Shown here: positions 9,918-20,451 of the stretch, piece after piece
Layout: every line of letters begins with the position of its first letter
Position numbering within the stretch: position 1 is the first letter of the stretch
IMG/VR virus record: IMGVR_UViG_3300005573_000061
Strand: one strand, 5' to 3'
DNA from: an uncultured virus (IMG/VR IMGVR_UViG_3300005573_000061)
Lineage: Duplodnaviria > Heunggongvirae > Uroviricota > Caudoviricetes
DNA length: 64,000 nucleotides
Notes under the pieces: model-generated
What the model was told of the DNA's origin: nothing
The model's input: only the letters and a program-made list of their open reading frames with translations
The model's database searches: none
Program-made: the position numbers and the translations under genes

Positions 9918-12900
9918 TTATGCGTCCCAAAATTCGTCATCTGATACAGCCGTTAGGCTGCCGTGTGACTGAATTGGTCCGGTACCGGCAAATGAAGCAG
10001 GCTCTCTATCTGTCATGGGACGAGGAACCAAGCTACGAGAGGCTGTTCTCGGTGCCTGGCGAGAGGCAACTACACCCTGAAGTGTTGCGATTTCACGATT
10101 GATAATATCGTTCGTCATATCGCTATTTCCATCAATGGCTGCCGAAATTACCAAGTCATCCGCATCGGCAGGAGCAATACCAGCCTGAATACGAAGACGA
10201 GCTAGGCGCAAAGACGAATAGGTACGATCACGACTTGCCGTGGTGCCAGGCATAACAGCAGGCGGGCTATCTGGAGCACGCTGTACGTCAGGTCCACCAG
10301 TACCCACTGATCCGCCAACAATAGGACCCTCTCCACCCCAGGTAATTGGGAAGGAAGGAGTAGCCTTGTCAGGATCTCCAACACGAACCTCAACAGGAAC
10401 AATGGTCTGCTCCGGAGGTAGGTGTCCCTGAGTACCCTCAATAGGCTGAGTAACGTCAACCTGATTTAGATTCAGCGGTTCGAATGCCACTTCACCATAG
10501 GGCTGATCTACAGCAATTGTTGCGTCTGCTGATACATCTGTAATAGGAGAAGCACCCATCTGGGTAACATCTGCACGAGCGGCTGGCTGAGCAGCTTCCT
10601 GCTCGGTAACTACAGGAGCGCCAGCGGGTGGCTCAGGAATTGGCTGAGCAGGGTCACGCTCATCGGCGGTACGAATAAGAGCAGCCTTGTGGACCAAAGA
10701 TGCATGGGTCTGGAAACCCTTTTCATTTAGAGATGCAAGTACACGATCGCTCTCGGCTCCGACTAATTCAGCTAGACGGAAAATCTGGGCCTCAAGCGTA
10801 GCGGTACGAGCTTCGATGGCTTGACGCAAAAGGCGCTCTTGTACACCAGCAGCAGCCTGGCGGCGTAACATCTTGGCATTTTGATTTAGAGCAGTAAACA
10901 AAGCTTGTCTGCGTGCTGCTGCTGGATTCTTCTCTGGCATACTAAAATCTCCTTCTGCCTTACTCAACCTTTGTGTGCTCTCATAGCTCATTCGACCGGA
11001 CGTTTTAGGAATTTCCTTGGATGCTACTGGGTCGTCGGAGGGATCTGCATCACCTTGAGGAGGAGGCATTTGTTCATTGTTGGGATTATCTGTTTCATCG
11101 GCTACAGGAGTAGATCCAATAGGCTCTAGAATTCCTTCACCGCAATTGGGGCAAACATCTCCAGCCTCGTAGCCAGTTTTTGACTCTGCATCCTGATCTT
11201 CGGCATACTGCTGCTCATATTGTTCCTCAGGATTTACATTTGCTGGATCTTGAGGATTCTCGCTGGGATCTCCCTGCATACCATCAGGATCACCATCAGC
11301 GCCTTCCGGTTTATCAGAATTAGTAGGATCTACACGCTCAGGGCCGTCATCCATACTGATTCCACCGGCGGCTGAATCTGTGCTATTTTCGCTAGTATCC
11401 TCTTCGCCTAGACCACCTTCGCCGCTGTTATCATTATCATCTTGATCACTGGCATCATCATCTTGATCTTGCTTGGCACCCGATTTGCGGGCTCCTTGCT
11501 CATCATCATCGTCGGATGAATTTTCGGAGTCATCAGTGGAATCATCATTTGAATCCTGGTCATCTTCCCCACCAGGAGTATCTTGGGTATCTTTAGGATC
11601 ATCCACATTTTCATTGGCATTATCGCCACTAGCTGAGCCGGGTAACGTAGAGATATCACTATCCTTTGTGCCAGTGTCGCCATCCTTATCAGGAATAGAT
11701 CCACCAGAGTTAGGATTAGCTTCTTCGTTTTCTGCGTTTGGATCCAACAGATCATCTACCGCTGGGGCAGATTGGCCCGGAGCGGCAAAATATGGGTCGC
11801 CAGAATCCTCTAATTCTTGAGTCGAATTGAATTCGGCACCACAGACATTACATTGCAAATCAGGAGCCACAGGCCCGTTCGTATCACCATCGGGGGTGGT
11901 AGGAGGAGGATTTAGACCCTGTTGAGTCTTACCTGATCCTTGGCAACGATCGCATGTTCCTAAATGCCAAATTTCCCCTCTACCTTGGCATTTTGGGCAA
12001 TCATCATTCTCCTTAGAAGCAGCCTTGGATCCAGTACCAAAATATTTGTCTACTTCGTCCATAGATGGGTTCCAATTATGCTCTTTGATTTTAATGTTCT
12101 TTGGATCGAAAACGATTGCAGCGGGATGATGAGGATCTTCTACATCATTACGATAAATGATACCATCATGTCCTCTTTTTTCTAAATGCTTCTTATAAGC
12201 ATCCACAATCTCTTGACTACGGGGGTGCATAGTGATTGCGTCATTGACAGCGTAAGCCTTACCTGATCCCCCGCTCGGAGTCATTCCATGGTTGGCTACC
12301 CAATATTTGTCAGCATCTTCGACACCAGCCTTTTTGGCTACATCCATAGCATGTAATCCCATATCGGCTTCGGATTTATAAACCTTGGGGTTCTTTAGTT
12401 CCAAACTTGCACGAATAATGCGACCATTATTTGATCCATTGAAAAAGTGACGAGCCACCATAGGGTGAGAAGTCAGATGGGTACCTAATCCGGTATTAAA
12501 TTCATTCTCTTCAGAATAGTTACGATTAGGAGGGGTATTAGAAAACTCCTTGAAATCGTGAGAGGTTCCATGGAACCAATCATGACCACCAAATACGGGA
12601 TTTTCTAGGGCTGCAATAAATTTCAACAGTGCTTCTCGCTTGATTAGGTGAGGAATCTGATCCTGGCGGGCACGCAAGGTGGATCCCCATTTTTCAGTGT
12701 TTTCTGGAGAGATACCTGCTTGCTTCCAAGCAGATTCAACTTTATTCATATTGATCTTGCCAGCACGAGCTAGACTATCATGTGCTTCGTCATCTGACAT
12801 TCTGCCGTACATAGCATAACCCTGTTCAGAATCACGCATTGAATGAGGCTCTGACCACTCGCCATCAGGCTTGAAATTAGACTTAGCGCCACCCATGCCT

Positions 12901-15900
12901 CGGAATGCCATAGCGCCGCCAGATTCAATACGAACTGGCTCATTCTTTTTAGGATCTACGAGGGTATTGTCTCCTACCAGCCCATGTACATCCCAATGAG
13001 AAAGCAATGCGTCTGTACCGAAATGCTGACGAGCCTTCTTTTGCAATTCTGGATTGTTGTGCCATTGGCTACCAGAATGTTGCTCTAGGTCAGGGATGTG
13101 CTCGGAAACAATATGAGAATCCCCTTCAGGACTATGCACAATAGAGGTATTAGGGAATCTCACGCCAGCATGACGATAAACAACACCAGCAGCGATCTCA
13201 TTTTGGGCATGATCATGGCTTAGTGCAGGCTTAACCAAGAATTTGCGACCGTCTGAAGATTGACGCCAATTTCCTCCATTAGAGCCAAGAGGACCATGAA
13301 TTTGAGGCATACGCTGAAGCTCATTGTACGAAGGCATAGGACGACTAAGGGTTGGGTCGTTATAGGTTTTATCACCCAAATTTTGAGATGCAAATCTGTG
13401 GAGATTCTGTTCCTTTTCCCAAGTTTCTACCGGTGGAATGATACGGTTACCGTCTTCGTCCAGAGCATTACCCTTGATCCAATCACAGTGAGGCCATGCA
13501 TCAATCATAGTCTCATCGTTTTCATCTTCATTTTTGGAAGCTATACGAGCACCGAGTTTTTCTGTGAAACCGCTATCTTTGAAGATATTCTTGGGGTGCT
13601 TCTTAACACATTGTTCGTCTGGACAATATACATGACCATTTGAGTGACCACCCCAAAAATGATCTTCTTTAATCTGATGGATTTTGCATGCTGGACACCC
13701 ACCTACGTTTTTTCCCTCGTGTTCGCCCCCATAGTGCTCCACATTTAATTGAGTGTGCTTTGTCTTGCTTTCTTCAGATTCGGGGCCTTTGGCTACCTGA
13801 TTAAACTTTTCATTTAACACCTGCCCTTGATTAAACTCAGAAATAGATTTCTCAGTAGGGGCCGTGGTGTGATTGCAATGAGCACAATTCTGGTGAAGAT
13901 TGATGTGGAATCCATTCTTGTGATCCTGATGGATTAAGCTACAAGCTGGGCAGCGACTATTTTTATCTGGCTTGCTGTGCTCACCCTTCTGATGCTCACC
14001 TAACAAACCCCAATCATCAGGCGCCAATCCACCGTGTTCCGACTTATGAACCAAACCAGCTTGTGCTTGAGATCCATAATCGGGTTCTTCATCCTTAGGC
14101 ATAGCTACAGGAGGATTAGAAGATCCCTTAGATTTGCAATGAGGGCAATGAGCATTAGGGCTGCCATCGTGCTCACCATCTAAATGATCAGCTTCTATAT
14201 CGTCACATGCAGGACAACCCTTTTCGGCTCCATAAGTATCATGATCCCCCAAACTATGATGCTCTAAATGAGCATGCTCAAGAGGACCCCAATTCTTATC
14301 TATGCCGGTAAATTTGCCGGTTTCTTTGGCGTTATTTACCTCTTCGCTATAACTAGGGGTATAGCCATGCTTTGATGGAGTCGATGGAGAAAGCGCATCA
14401 TTCAACTTGTCCAATGAATCTTGCGAAATATTTGGCTTAGGCTTATTCTGCTTACAGGCAGGACAGGTTGCTTTTGGATTATCCTGGTGTAGACCATCAG
14501 CATGATCAGATAGACCCTTTTGCTCATGGAATTTATATTTCTCGCCATTAGAGGTTACGTTATCTACCTCTTGCTGAGGGGTAGCCTTGAGTAGGCCTTT
14601 GTTTTGAGCCCAATCATGATAATACTGCTTGGTCCATCCATCACCCTTATAACGGACCTGGGCATGGCCCTTTCCTCCAATGACCACAAATTCGTTTTCA
14701 CTTTGTACCCCGGGGCCGGTTCCCTCTCCAACAGAAAACACATGCTCTTTGGGAACTACAGCATGGAACGCATGACCATAATCTCCACCACCAAAACCAG
14801 AAGCGGTATAGCTACTAGACGACCAAGATGAAAGAGGTTGCATACTAATTGGCTTAGATTCCTGGGCATCTCCTGAAAGCTCATGATCTCGGATATCTTT
14901 GCTTGGATGCAAACCTAAAGGAACGGCTTCTGGACCACCATAACCTTTATGAGCACGGTGCAAAGCTACATGATCTACACCTGCTTGACTTAACTTGTCT
15001 TGTGTATCTTTGTAAACTGAGTCTAAATAGTGGTGGAAGAATGGCTTATTTTCATGATATTCATCCATTCCGTTTTCCCATGGGGTTGGCTCTTCATGAC
15101 CATAACGTTCAATGTGGTCATCGTGACCATGCTTTTTGATATGAGCCATCAAATTGCTGTCTACGCCGAAATGCTCCGAGGCAGCTTTTTGTAGAGCGAT
15201 AGAACTCTGTTCACTATCACCAGATGTTGAATTCCATGTTTGGCTGTAGTTTGCTACGTGTTTCTTGAGATGATTCTCATAATCTTCTCTTGTAGGTTCT
15301 GCTTTGGGGAAAGTATTGTGTGCAAAATCAGAATAAAGAGGCGGATGAGGAGGAGCGGGTGTATCCAATAGTTTATGCATCACCTTGGTTTTGGCGTCCC
15401 CCCAATGCCCCATATCGTCAATATCTTTATGAGAATTTACATGATAGTGACTCTTCAATTTGCCGTGAAGATCAGCTAATTCTTCCATAGCATAATTCTC
15501 TCCATAAGGAGATACGACTTTTTTATCCTCGGATGTGAAATGCTTATCGGCCCAATCCTGAAGTTTTTGCCCGTGCTGACTAATAGCCTGATTATATCCC
15601 TCGTTATCGTGTATCTTATCACTATAAAAATGCTTCTGATAATGGTTAGTCATCCATTGATGAAGCTCGGGGTCTTTTTGCGCACGATCATAAAGATCCT
15701 GAGCGGTGTGCATATATACTTCGTCAGAAGGAGTCTCAGTAATATTTAGGCGAGCATCATCGGTCTTATTTTGGAGGTTCTTGTAATCGGGATTATTTTT
15801 ATGATCAGGGAAAAGTGATTCGGGATCGATAGCATGTTCTTTGTTACCTAGATCAGGCTTACGTGGAAGCACCGCCAAAAAATCACGGAGACTCCCATAC

Positions 15901-17615
15901 TTCTTAGGGGTATTGGCAGACTGCACAAATGCTGTAAGAGAGCCAGATGATTTTCTGGAAGCTGTAGTAGCCATCTTCAGACCACGGTCATCCACACCCA
16001 AAAAGAATGCTGTGGGATCAGCAGGATCCTCTACCAAAATTGAATTCTCAAAGAAAGAAAGACCATAGCAAGTCTCATAAATGAGAGTTTCCTCAGGCTT
16101 GCCGGTAGAAGCATTGCGGCGAATAAGCTTAGATCCCTTCAATTGAGGTATATGGGCACAATATTCAGCAGGTGTAGTGGCTTTATTACCACATGCCGAG
16201 CAAATAGAATATTGAACATCACAATTATGTACGGCAATATCTGATGCGACATATGAATCATCACCATCTACATCAAAATTATAGACAGGACCACTATATT
16301 GAGATGGGATTATTTTTGTAATTTTTCTCCAAAGCCCATCGGAAGAAAGTTTTTTATTGAAAGAGGCTTGCGTTACCCATTTAGCCCTTTTGTGTAAAGC
16401 GCTTGGAGAATGTTGTTTGATTGGAGGGGTGGCCGCAATACCACAACGAAGCATCAGCATGTGCATTTGTTGTGCTAATGATTCACTAGCAGTTCCTATT
16501 TCAAATCTATTGTCTCTGTAATGACCGTCACCATCAAGCCAACCATTAATGACTTCTCTTTGTACCTCTGTATCCCACGTAAGTACCTCGGGATCAAGGG
16601 ACTTACCCCAAGAATGCTTGCCTCCGTACTGTAAAAATAATTGTGCAAAGTTTATATTATTAACTCTTACTGTTGCACAATTATTTTTAATGTATGGACC
16701 ACAGGGTTTATATCCCATGGATTCAATAAGCTCAATGGTTTCGCTTATATATTCGGTTTCATTGACTGAATAGTTCCACTCTACTGAGATAGGGGTGTCG
16801 CCGTGACGGGTTCGATCATAACCAAAATTACCCTCAGCTAAAAATAACCCCAATAAACGTGCGAAGATCGGATCTCCCGGCTTCCCTTGCTCTTGAAGGG
16901 TCGGAGTGAGCACCTTATCACCGATAATAAGGTCTTTTGCTTCTATCCAATCCTTTTCCCCATTACGATCCACCCAAATTGGGTGCTCTGAAGTAACCAT
17001 CATTGATTGTGATTGACCAACCGTATCAATTTGATAGATAGTTCCCTCATATTCATAATCAAGAGTAAAAGTAACTGGCTCAATTAATCCAGTATGGGTA
17101 AGAACTAAATCCCCTTCAATAATTTTTTCAATCGGCTTATGAGTGCCATCAGCCATTGTAATCATCGTGCCGGGGAGGAAGCAGCCCATCGATGTGCGAT
17201 CTACATGCCCGGCTAAAATAGCCTGAGCAAGCTTAGGAAACTTGACGGCATCTACCTCCATAAGAACCTCAGCCCATGTGTCGGGGGTGCCATCCGAATT
17301 ATGATCCTCATGCAAGGCGGCATCAATGATAACGCCACGAGCCTGCCGATGATCTTCGTTGTGGTGATTTACAAAAACCGGCTTACCAATAAAGGTGAGA
17401 TATGCCTTTTTAATCTCTTCAGCCGGAAAGCAGTCGTAATTATCGTTTGCACGAGAAGAGATGGCTCGACTGCGGACATAAATATAACCGGGCTGAGGCT
17501 CATATTCGAACACAGCACGGTGAGCTTGCTTATAAAGAGCAGCCGTACGGACAAAACCCGATAACGGCTGCTGCTCTACAGATAAAGTTAATAGATCGGC
17601 AATTTTAGTTAGCAT
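9918..17615 (-). CDS. Giant prohead protease/scaffold polyprotein with intein, two ART-like domains, Cys/His repeats and a kinase-like domain
   Basis: N-terminal VRSRAISSR...FIGKPVFVNH...TSMG protease motifs; internal enzyme-like domains; acidic linker; helical C-terminus upstream of decoration and capsid genes. Confidence 0.85.
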   Translation of the reverse strand: MLTKIADLLTLSVEQQPLSGFVRTAALYKQAHRAVFEYEPQPGYIYVRSRAISSRANDNYDCFPAEEIKKAYLTFIGKPVFVNHHNEDHRQARGVIIDAALHEDHNSDGTPDTWAEVLMEVDAVKFPKLAQAILAGHVDRTSMGCFLPGTMITMADGTHKPIEKIIEGDLVLTHTGLIEPVTFTLDYEYEGTIYQIDTVGQSQSMMVTSEHPIWVDRNGEKDWIEAKDLIIGDKVLTPTLQEQGKPGDPIFARLLGLFLAEGNFGYDRTRHGDTPISVEWNYSVNETEYISETIELIESMGYKPCGPYIKNNCATVRVNNINFAQLFLQYGGKHSWGKSLDPEVLTWDTEVQREVINGWLDGDGHYRDNRFEIGTASESLAQQMHMLMLRCGIAATPPIKQHSPSALHKRAKWVTQASFNKKLSSDGLWRKITKIIPSQYSGPVYNFDVDGDDSYVASDIAVHNCDVQYSICSACGNKATTPAEYCAHIPQLKGSKLIRRNASTGKPEETLIYETCYGLSFFENSILVEDPADPTAFFLGVDDRGLKMATTASRKSSGSLTAFVQSANTPKKYGSLRDFLAVLPRKPDLGNKEHAIDPESLFPDHKNNPDYKNLQNKTDDARLNITETPSDEVYMHTAQDLYDRAQKDPELHQWMTNHYQKHFYSDKIHDNEGYNQAISQHGQKLQDWADKHFTSEDKKVVSPYGENYAMEELADLHGKLKSHYHVNSHKDIDDMGHWGDAKTKVMHKLLDTPAPPHPPLYSDFAHNTFPKAEPTREDYENHLKKHVANYSQTWNSTSGDSEQSSIALQKAASEHFGVDSNLMAHIKKHGHDDHIERYGHEEPTPWENGMDEYHENKPFFHHYLDSVYKDTQDKLSQAGVDHVALHRAHKGYGGPEAVPLGLHPSKDIRDHELSGDAQESKPISMQPLSSWSSSSYTASGFGGGDYGHAFHAVVPKEHVFSVGEGTGPGVQSENEFVVIGGKGHAQVRYKGDGWTKQYYHDWAQNKGLLKATPQQEVDNVTSNGEKYKFHEQKGLSDHADGLHQDNPKATCPACKQNKPKPNISQDSLDKLNDALSPSTPSKHGYTPSYSEEVNNAKETGKFTGIDKNWGPLEHAHLEHHSLGDHDTYGAEKGCPACDDIEADHLDGEHDGSPNAHCPHCKSKGSSNPPVAMPKDEEPDYGSQAQAGLVHKSEHGGLAPDDWGLLGEHQKGEHSKPDKNSRCPACSLIHQDHKNGFHINLHQNCAHCNHTTAPTEKSISEFNQGQVLNEKFNQVAKGPESEESKTKHTQLNVEHYGGEHEGKNVGGCPACKIHQIKEDHFWGGHSNGHVYCPDEQCVKKHPKNIFKDSGFTEKLGARIASKNEDENDETMIDAWPHCDWIKGNALDEDGNRIIPPVETWEKEQNLHRFASQNLGDKTYNDPTLSRPMPSYNELQRMPQIHGPLGSNGGNWRQSSDGRKFLVKPALSHDHAQNEIAAGVVYRHAGVRFPNTSIVHSPEGDSHIVSEHIPDLEQHSGSQWHNNPELQKKARQHFGTDALLSHWDVHGLVGDNTLVDPKKNEPVRIESGGAMAFRGMGGAKSNFKPDGEWSEPHSMRDSEQGYAMYGRMSDDEAHDSLARAGKINMNKVESAWKQAGISPENTEKWGSTLRARQDQIPHLIKREALLKFIAALENPVFGGHDWFHGTSHDFKEFSNTPPNRNYSEENEFNTGLGTHLTSHPMVARHFFNGSNNGRIIRASLELKNPKVYKSEADMGLHAMDVAKKAGVEDADKYWVANHGMTPSGGSGKAYAVNDAITMHPRSQEIVDAYKKHLEKRGHDGIIYRNDVEDPHHPAAIVFDPKNIKIKEHNWNPSMDEVDKYFGTGSKAASKENDDCPKCQGRGEIWHLGTCDRCQGSGKTQQGLNPPPTTPDGDTNGPVAPDLQCNVCGAEFNSTQELEDSGDPYFAAPGQSAPAVDDLLDPNAENEEANPNSGGSIPDKDGDTGTKDSDISTLPGSASGDNANENVDDPKDTQDTPGGEDDQDSNDDSTDDSENSSDDDDEQGARKSGAKQDQDDDASDQDDNDNSGEGGLGEEDTSENSTDSAAGGISMDDGPERVDPTNSDKPEGADGDPDGMQGDPSENPQDPANVNPEEQYEQQYAEDQDAESKTGYEAGDVCPNCGEGILEPIGSTPVADETDNPNNEQMPPPQGDADPSDDPVASKEIPKTSGRMSYESTQRLSKAEGDFSMPEKNPAAARRQALFTALNQNAKMLRRQAAAGVQERLLRQAIEARTATLEAQIFRLAELVGAESDRVLASLNEKGFQTHASLVHKAALIRTADERDPAQPIPEPPAGAPVVTEQEAAQPAARADVTQMGASPITDVSADATIAVDQPYGEVAFEPLNLNQVDVTQPIEGTQGHLPPEQTIVPVEVRVGDPDKATPSFPITWGGEGPIVGGSVGTGGPDVQRAPDSPPAVMPGTTASRDRTYSSLRLARLRIQAGIAPADADDLVISAAIDGNSDMTNDIINREIATLQGVVASRQAPRTASRSLVPRPMTDREPASFAGTGPIQSHGSLTAVSDDEFWDA
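16224..17183 (-). mobile_element. Intein 2 (~320 aa, LAGLIDADG) in the protease domain
   Basis: CFLPGTMITMADG...LLGLFLAEG...GWLDGDG...VYNFDVDGDDSYVASDIAVHN then Cys. Confidence 0.95.
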
Positions 17616-17653
17616 CTCATTTTATAACTGCTCTGAGATGTTAGGTGACAGTT

Positions 17654-17941
17654 TTACTTACCAACGACTTCAATACAAGATAAATCCTTGAATGCATTAT
17701 TTGCATTATTGATAAAATGTTGCTGGCGGCTAGTCACCGGAGATACCATACCAGTATCTATAAACTTCTTTAATTCATTTCGAATAACATTACCACTGGT
17801 ACAAATCTGATAGGCCGCTTTTTGATTCTGCTGATGAAATTGATACTCAATAGTTTGAACACGCCACAGTCCCACAACAAACATAGCCACAATTAATAGG
17901 TATACGGCTACTTGTTTTGTAACTGTATTAAAATATCTCAT
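17654..17941 (-). CDS. Membrane protein (possible lysis accessory)
   Basis: N-terminal hydrophobic helix; near the putative lysin. Confidence 0.5.
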   Translation of the reverse strand: MRYFNTVTKQVAVYLLIVAMFVVGLWRVQTIEYQFHQQNQKAAYQICTSGNVIRNELKKFIDTGMVSPVTSRQQHFINNANNAFKDLSCIEVVGK

Positions 17942-18123
17942 ACATTCTCTCTCAATCCATCCTTGCTATGAAAGATAATTTTCTGACGAGAATCAAAAAA
18001 TCGAGATTTCTTTATCTTCCTAATAGCTTCTTCCTTGGAAGATAAGTCATATGCAAAAGCTTTACCGGACTTTGTTACATCCACCGTGGATTCACGGCTT
18101 TCGTATAGATCCCAGGTAATCAA
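17938..18123 (-). CDS. Hypothetical protein
   Basis: 61-aa ORF overlapping the neighbour's start. Confidence 0.5.
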   Translation of the reverse strand: MITWDLYESRESTVDVTKSGKAFAYDLSSKEEAIRKIKKSRFFDSRQKIIFHSKDGLRENV

Positions 18124-18131
18124 TTTAGTCC

Positions 18132-19046
18132 TTACTGAACGGTAGCGGGAGGATGGGTAAGACCATTCTGATAAGGAATATTGTCATAAGTCTCACTGGT
18201 AAGCACAACCTCATTACCAGCCTTAGAACCAAATACGTCCGATAGCCAGTTTTTGACGTTGTTTAGGTCATCCTGATTGAACAGATGGGTTTTAGAAGAA
18301 CCATTGAACGTAGCACAAGCTCCGTTATCCTTATTCTTTATAATGCAAAACATATCATTATCCTCATATGTAGGGGTTACAACTGTAGGGGTTACAACTG
18401 GATTTACGATTGGAGTTGGTGTAGGAGCCGGGGTAGGCTGGGTCACAACAGTAGGATTGGTAGAGCTAGGATGCAACCACCCCATATAGCGTGCTCCCAT
18501 TATACTAATATCATAATTACCCATATCTATCCACTGCGTATTATCAGCTTGTGGATAACCACAGGTCCCATCGCAAATATGGGGTCCTACTCCATAGTGG
18601 GCGGAATGAATGAAATACTCAGATGAGGGAATGCCCGCTTTTGTCATCTCATTGCGTACTTGAGTGACCCAGCTAGCTGGACAATAAATTTCAGGGATGG
18701 TTACCCCAATAGCTTTAGCGAGGTGCCAATAATTAGGACAATCGGCAGGAGTACCATTACCCCATTCACAGTCATACATATCGGCTGCTAAAGCCTGCGT
18801 AGTAATGGTCTTAATAGAAGCACCTGCAAAATCTGTCTTTACTGCATTGAGATTAACATATGCACCGTCAATGTAGGCGTAATAAACACTGCCGCCTTTG
18901 GGCATAGCATTTGCTGTTACAGAATCGTAGCCAATGCCATTGGCTACTACCATAGCGGCTAATATAGATGGTAGGTCTAGAGGCTTAAATGTAGGGTGAA
19001 CAGGAACCTGAGGAACATATCCGGCTCTCATAGGAATTACTGACAT
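18132..19046 (-). CDS. Putative endolysin (GH25-like glycoside hydrolase, Pro/Thr linker, C-terminal binding domain)
   Basis: YD..,YYAYIDG, DCEWGN, IYCPAS, AHY, QW motifs; likely start MSVIPM after AAAGGA RBS. Confidence 0.6.
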   Translation of the reverse strand: MSVIPMRAGYVPQVPVHPTFKPLDLPSILAAMVVANGIGYDSVTANAMPKGGSVYYAYIDGAYVNLNAVKTDFAGASIKTITTQALAADMYDCEWGNGTPADCPNYWHLAKAIGVTIPEIYCPASWVTQVRNEMTKAGIPSSEYFIHSAHYGVGPHICDGTCGYPQADNTQWIDMGNYDISIMGARYMGWLHPSSTNPTVVTQPTPAPTPTPIVNPVVTPTVVTPTYEDNDMFCIIKNKDNGACATFNGSSKTHLFNQDDLNNVKNWLSDVFGSKAGNEVVLTSETYDNIPYQNGLTHPPATVQ

Positions 19047-19098
19047 ACAAATCCTTTCCCTTCGCCCTATGTAGGCTCTAGACCTACCTAGCACAGGA

Positions 19099-19287
19099 TT
19101 ACTTGATGTTACCTAACGTTTCCCGAATTTCGGCAAAAGTTTGTTCTCTTACCAGTTTACCGTCTATAAATACATCTTGCAACAAATCAAATGAAGATAA
19201 ATTTCGAGCCGAGAGAGGAACAACAATCTTGGATTCACAGTTTGGATAAGACTCAATCTTTACGGGGGTATCATTGACAGTAATCAT
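19099..19287 (-). pseudogene. Possible chimeric remnant of PRPP synthetase N-terminus and NAMPT C-terminus
   Basis: KIESYPNCESKIV resembles Prs FPxGE; DLLQDVFIDGKLVREQTFAEIRE resembles the NadV/NAMPT C-terminus. Confidence 0.45.
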
Positions 19288-19441
19288 TTAGGCACTCCCT
19301 GCAAAATACGATTGGTGCGACAAGGCCACGACTGCCTACATTCAGCGCAGATATGATATCCAGTGTCCTTATCCCTGTTTGTGTAGAGGAATTCCATAAA
19401 ATGGATAGCCCGAATGGCTTCTACCGCACAGGTAGCATTTG

Positions 19442-19690
19442 TCATGCAGCATCTTCCTCCTCAACATTGAGGCTACCATTCTTCTTATTGATCTTGGCGG
19501 CAAAAAGCTTCGGACCGTACTTCTTATAATCCTCAGCCACAAGGCTATTTATGAGGGTAGCAGCGGTGGGTCCATTAGGAGCCATAACCATAAACTCATG
19601 CTCGTGAAGATGGCGATCCTCACCATAGACCTTACGAACCGAACGAAACTGACGAAGCTCGCCATAGTTCTTAACACTGAAAAAGTTCAT
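19442..19690 (-). CDS. Hypothetical protein
   Basis: 82-aa ORF overlapping the kinase stop. Confidence 0.55.
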   Translation of the reverse strand: MNFFSVKNYGELRQFRSVRKVYGEDRHLHEHEFMVMAPNGPTAATLINSLVAEDYKKYGPKLFAAKINKKNGSLNVEEEDAA

Positions 19691-20147
19691 TGATTTTCTT
19701 ATCCTTTAGTCCGATCCAAACGCCATCTGCGTCGAACCATTTGTTGTACATATTGTCGATAACTTCATCGGGCACCCTAGTATATCCGGTCCTACCCGCA
19801 TTCCTCTCAAAACAAACATTACGAGGAACATCAAGAAAAGATTTGATAACCAATTCAGCCTTAGGATTAAATCCACAATACTCGATCTGATATTTAACCG
19901 TAGCAGGATTCAGATGGGTATTGTGAACAATGATATTTCGTAGCTGAGAGTGAGTCTCACAGATAATCGCCTGCTGAATTCGGGTAGCCAAATTCTCATT
20001 GGTTTTCGAGAATTTGCTTTGGAAGAGAGTGGCCCTAATCTCATCCAAAGAGACTAGGACCAAGCTCGGATCCAAATTCTGCTGCTGGCGAGCCCAAGTG
20101 CTCTTGCCCGAACCAGGCAGCCCTACCGTCATGATGATCTTAGGCAA
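19671..20147 (-). CDS. Polynucleotide kinase domain (T4 PseT N-terminal / AAA_33-like)
   Basis: GLPGSGKSTW Walker A, SLDEIR, ERNAGR, VPDEVI. Confidence 0.85.
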   Translation of the reverse strand: MPKIIMTVGLPGSGKSTWARQQQNLDPSLVLVSLDEIRATLFQSKFSKTNENLATRIQQAIICETHSQLRNIIVHNTHLNPATVKYQIEYCGFNPKAELVIKSFLDVPRNVCFERNAGRTGYTRVPDEVIDNMYNKWFDADGVWIGLKDKKINELFQC

Positions 20148-20451
20148 CCTTCTGCACCTCCCTGGCGAAATTCAGCGCAGCAGAGCGATCCCGAGCACGA
20201 CGCTCCTGGGCGCTCTCAGCAGGAACAAAAGCCTCAGAGGTAGATAGGTCCAGTCGTCTAGACATAAATTCCTCGAAGCGGAAAGAGGCGGTGAGACTCA
20301 AAAGCTCACTCCGGATCAGACCCGGATTGTGAAGACCCATGACACCCGGTATTTTCTCCTCCATCCCGAGATGACGGACCATGCCAAAAAGCTGCTCGTT
20401 GGTGAGCGCTGTACCGTCCACATTCCTGTTCATATATTGATTATACCCCAT
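20140..20451 (-). CDS. Hypothetical protein
   Basis: 103-aa ORF coupled to the kinase gene. Confidence 0.5.
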   Translation of the reverse strand: MGYNQYMNRNVDGTALTNEQLFGMVRHLGMEEKIPGVMGLHNPGLIRSELLSLTASFRFEEFMSRRLDLSTSEAFVPAESAQERRARDRSAALNFAREVQKVA

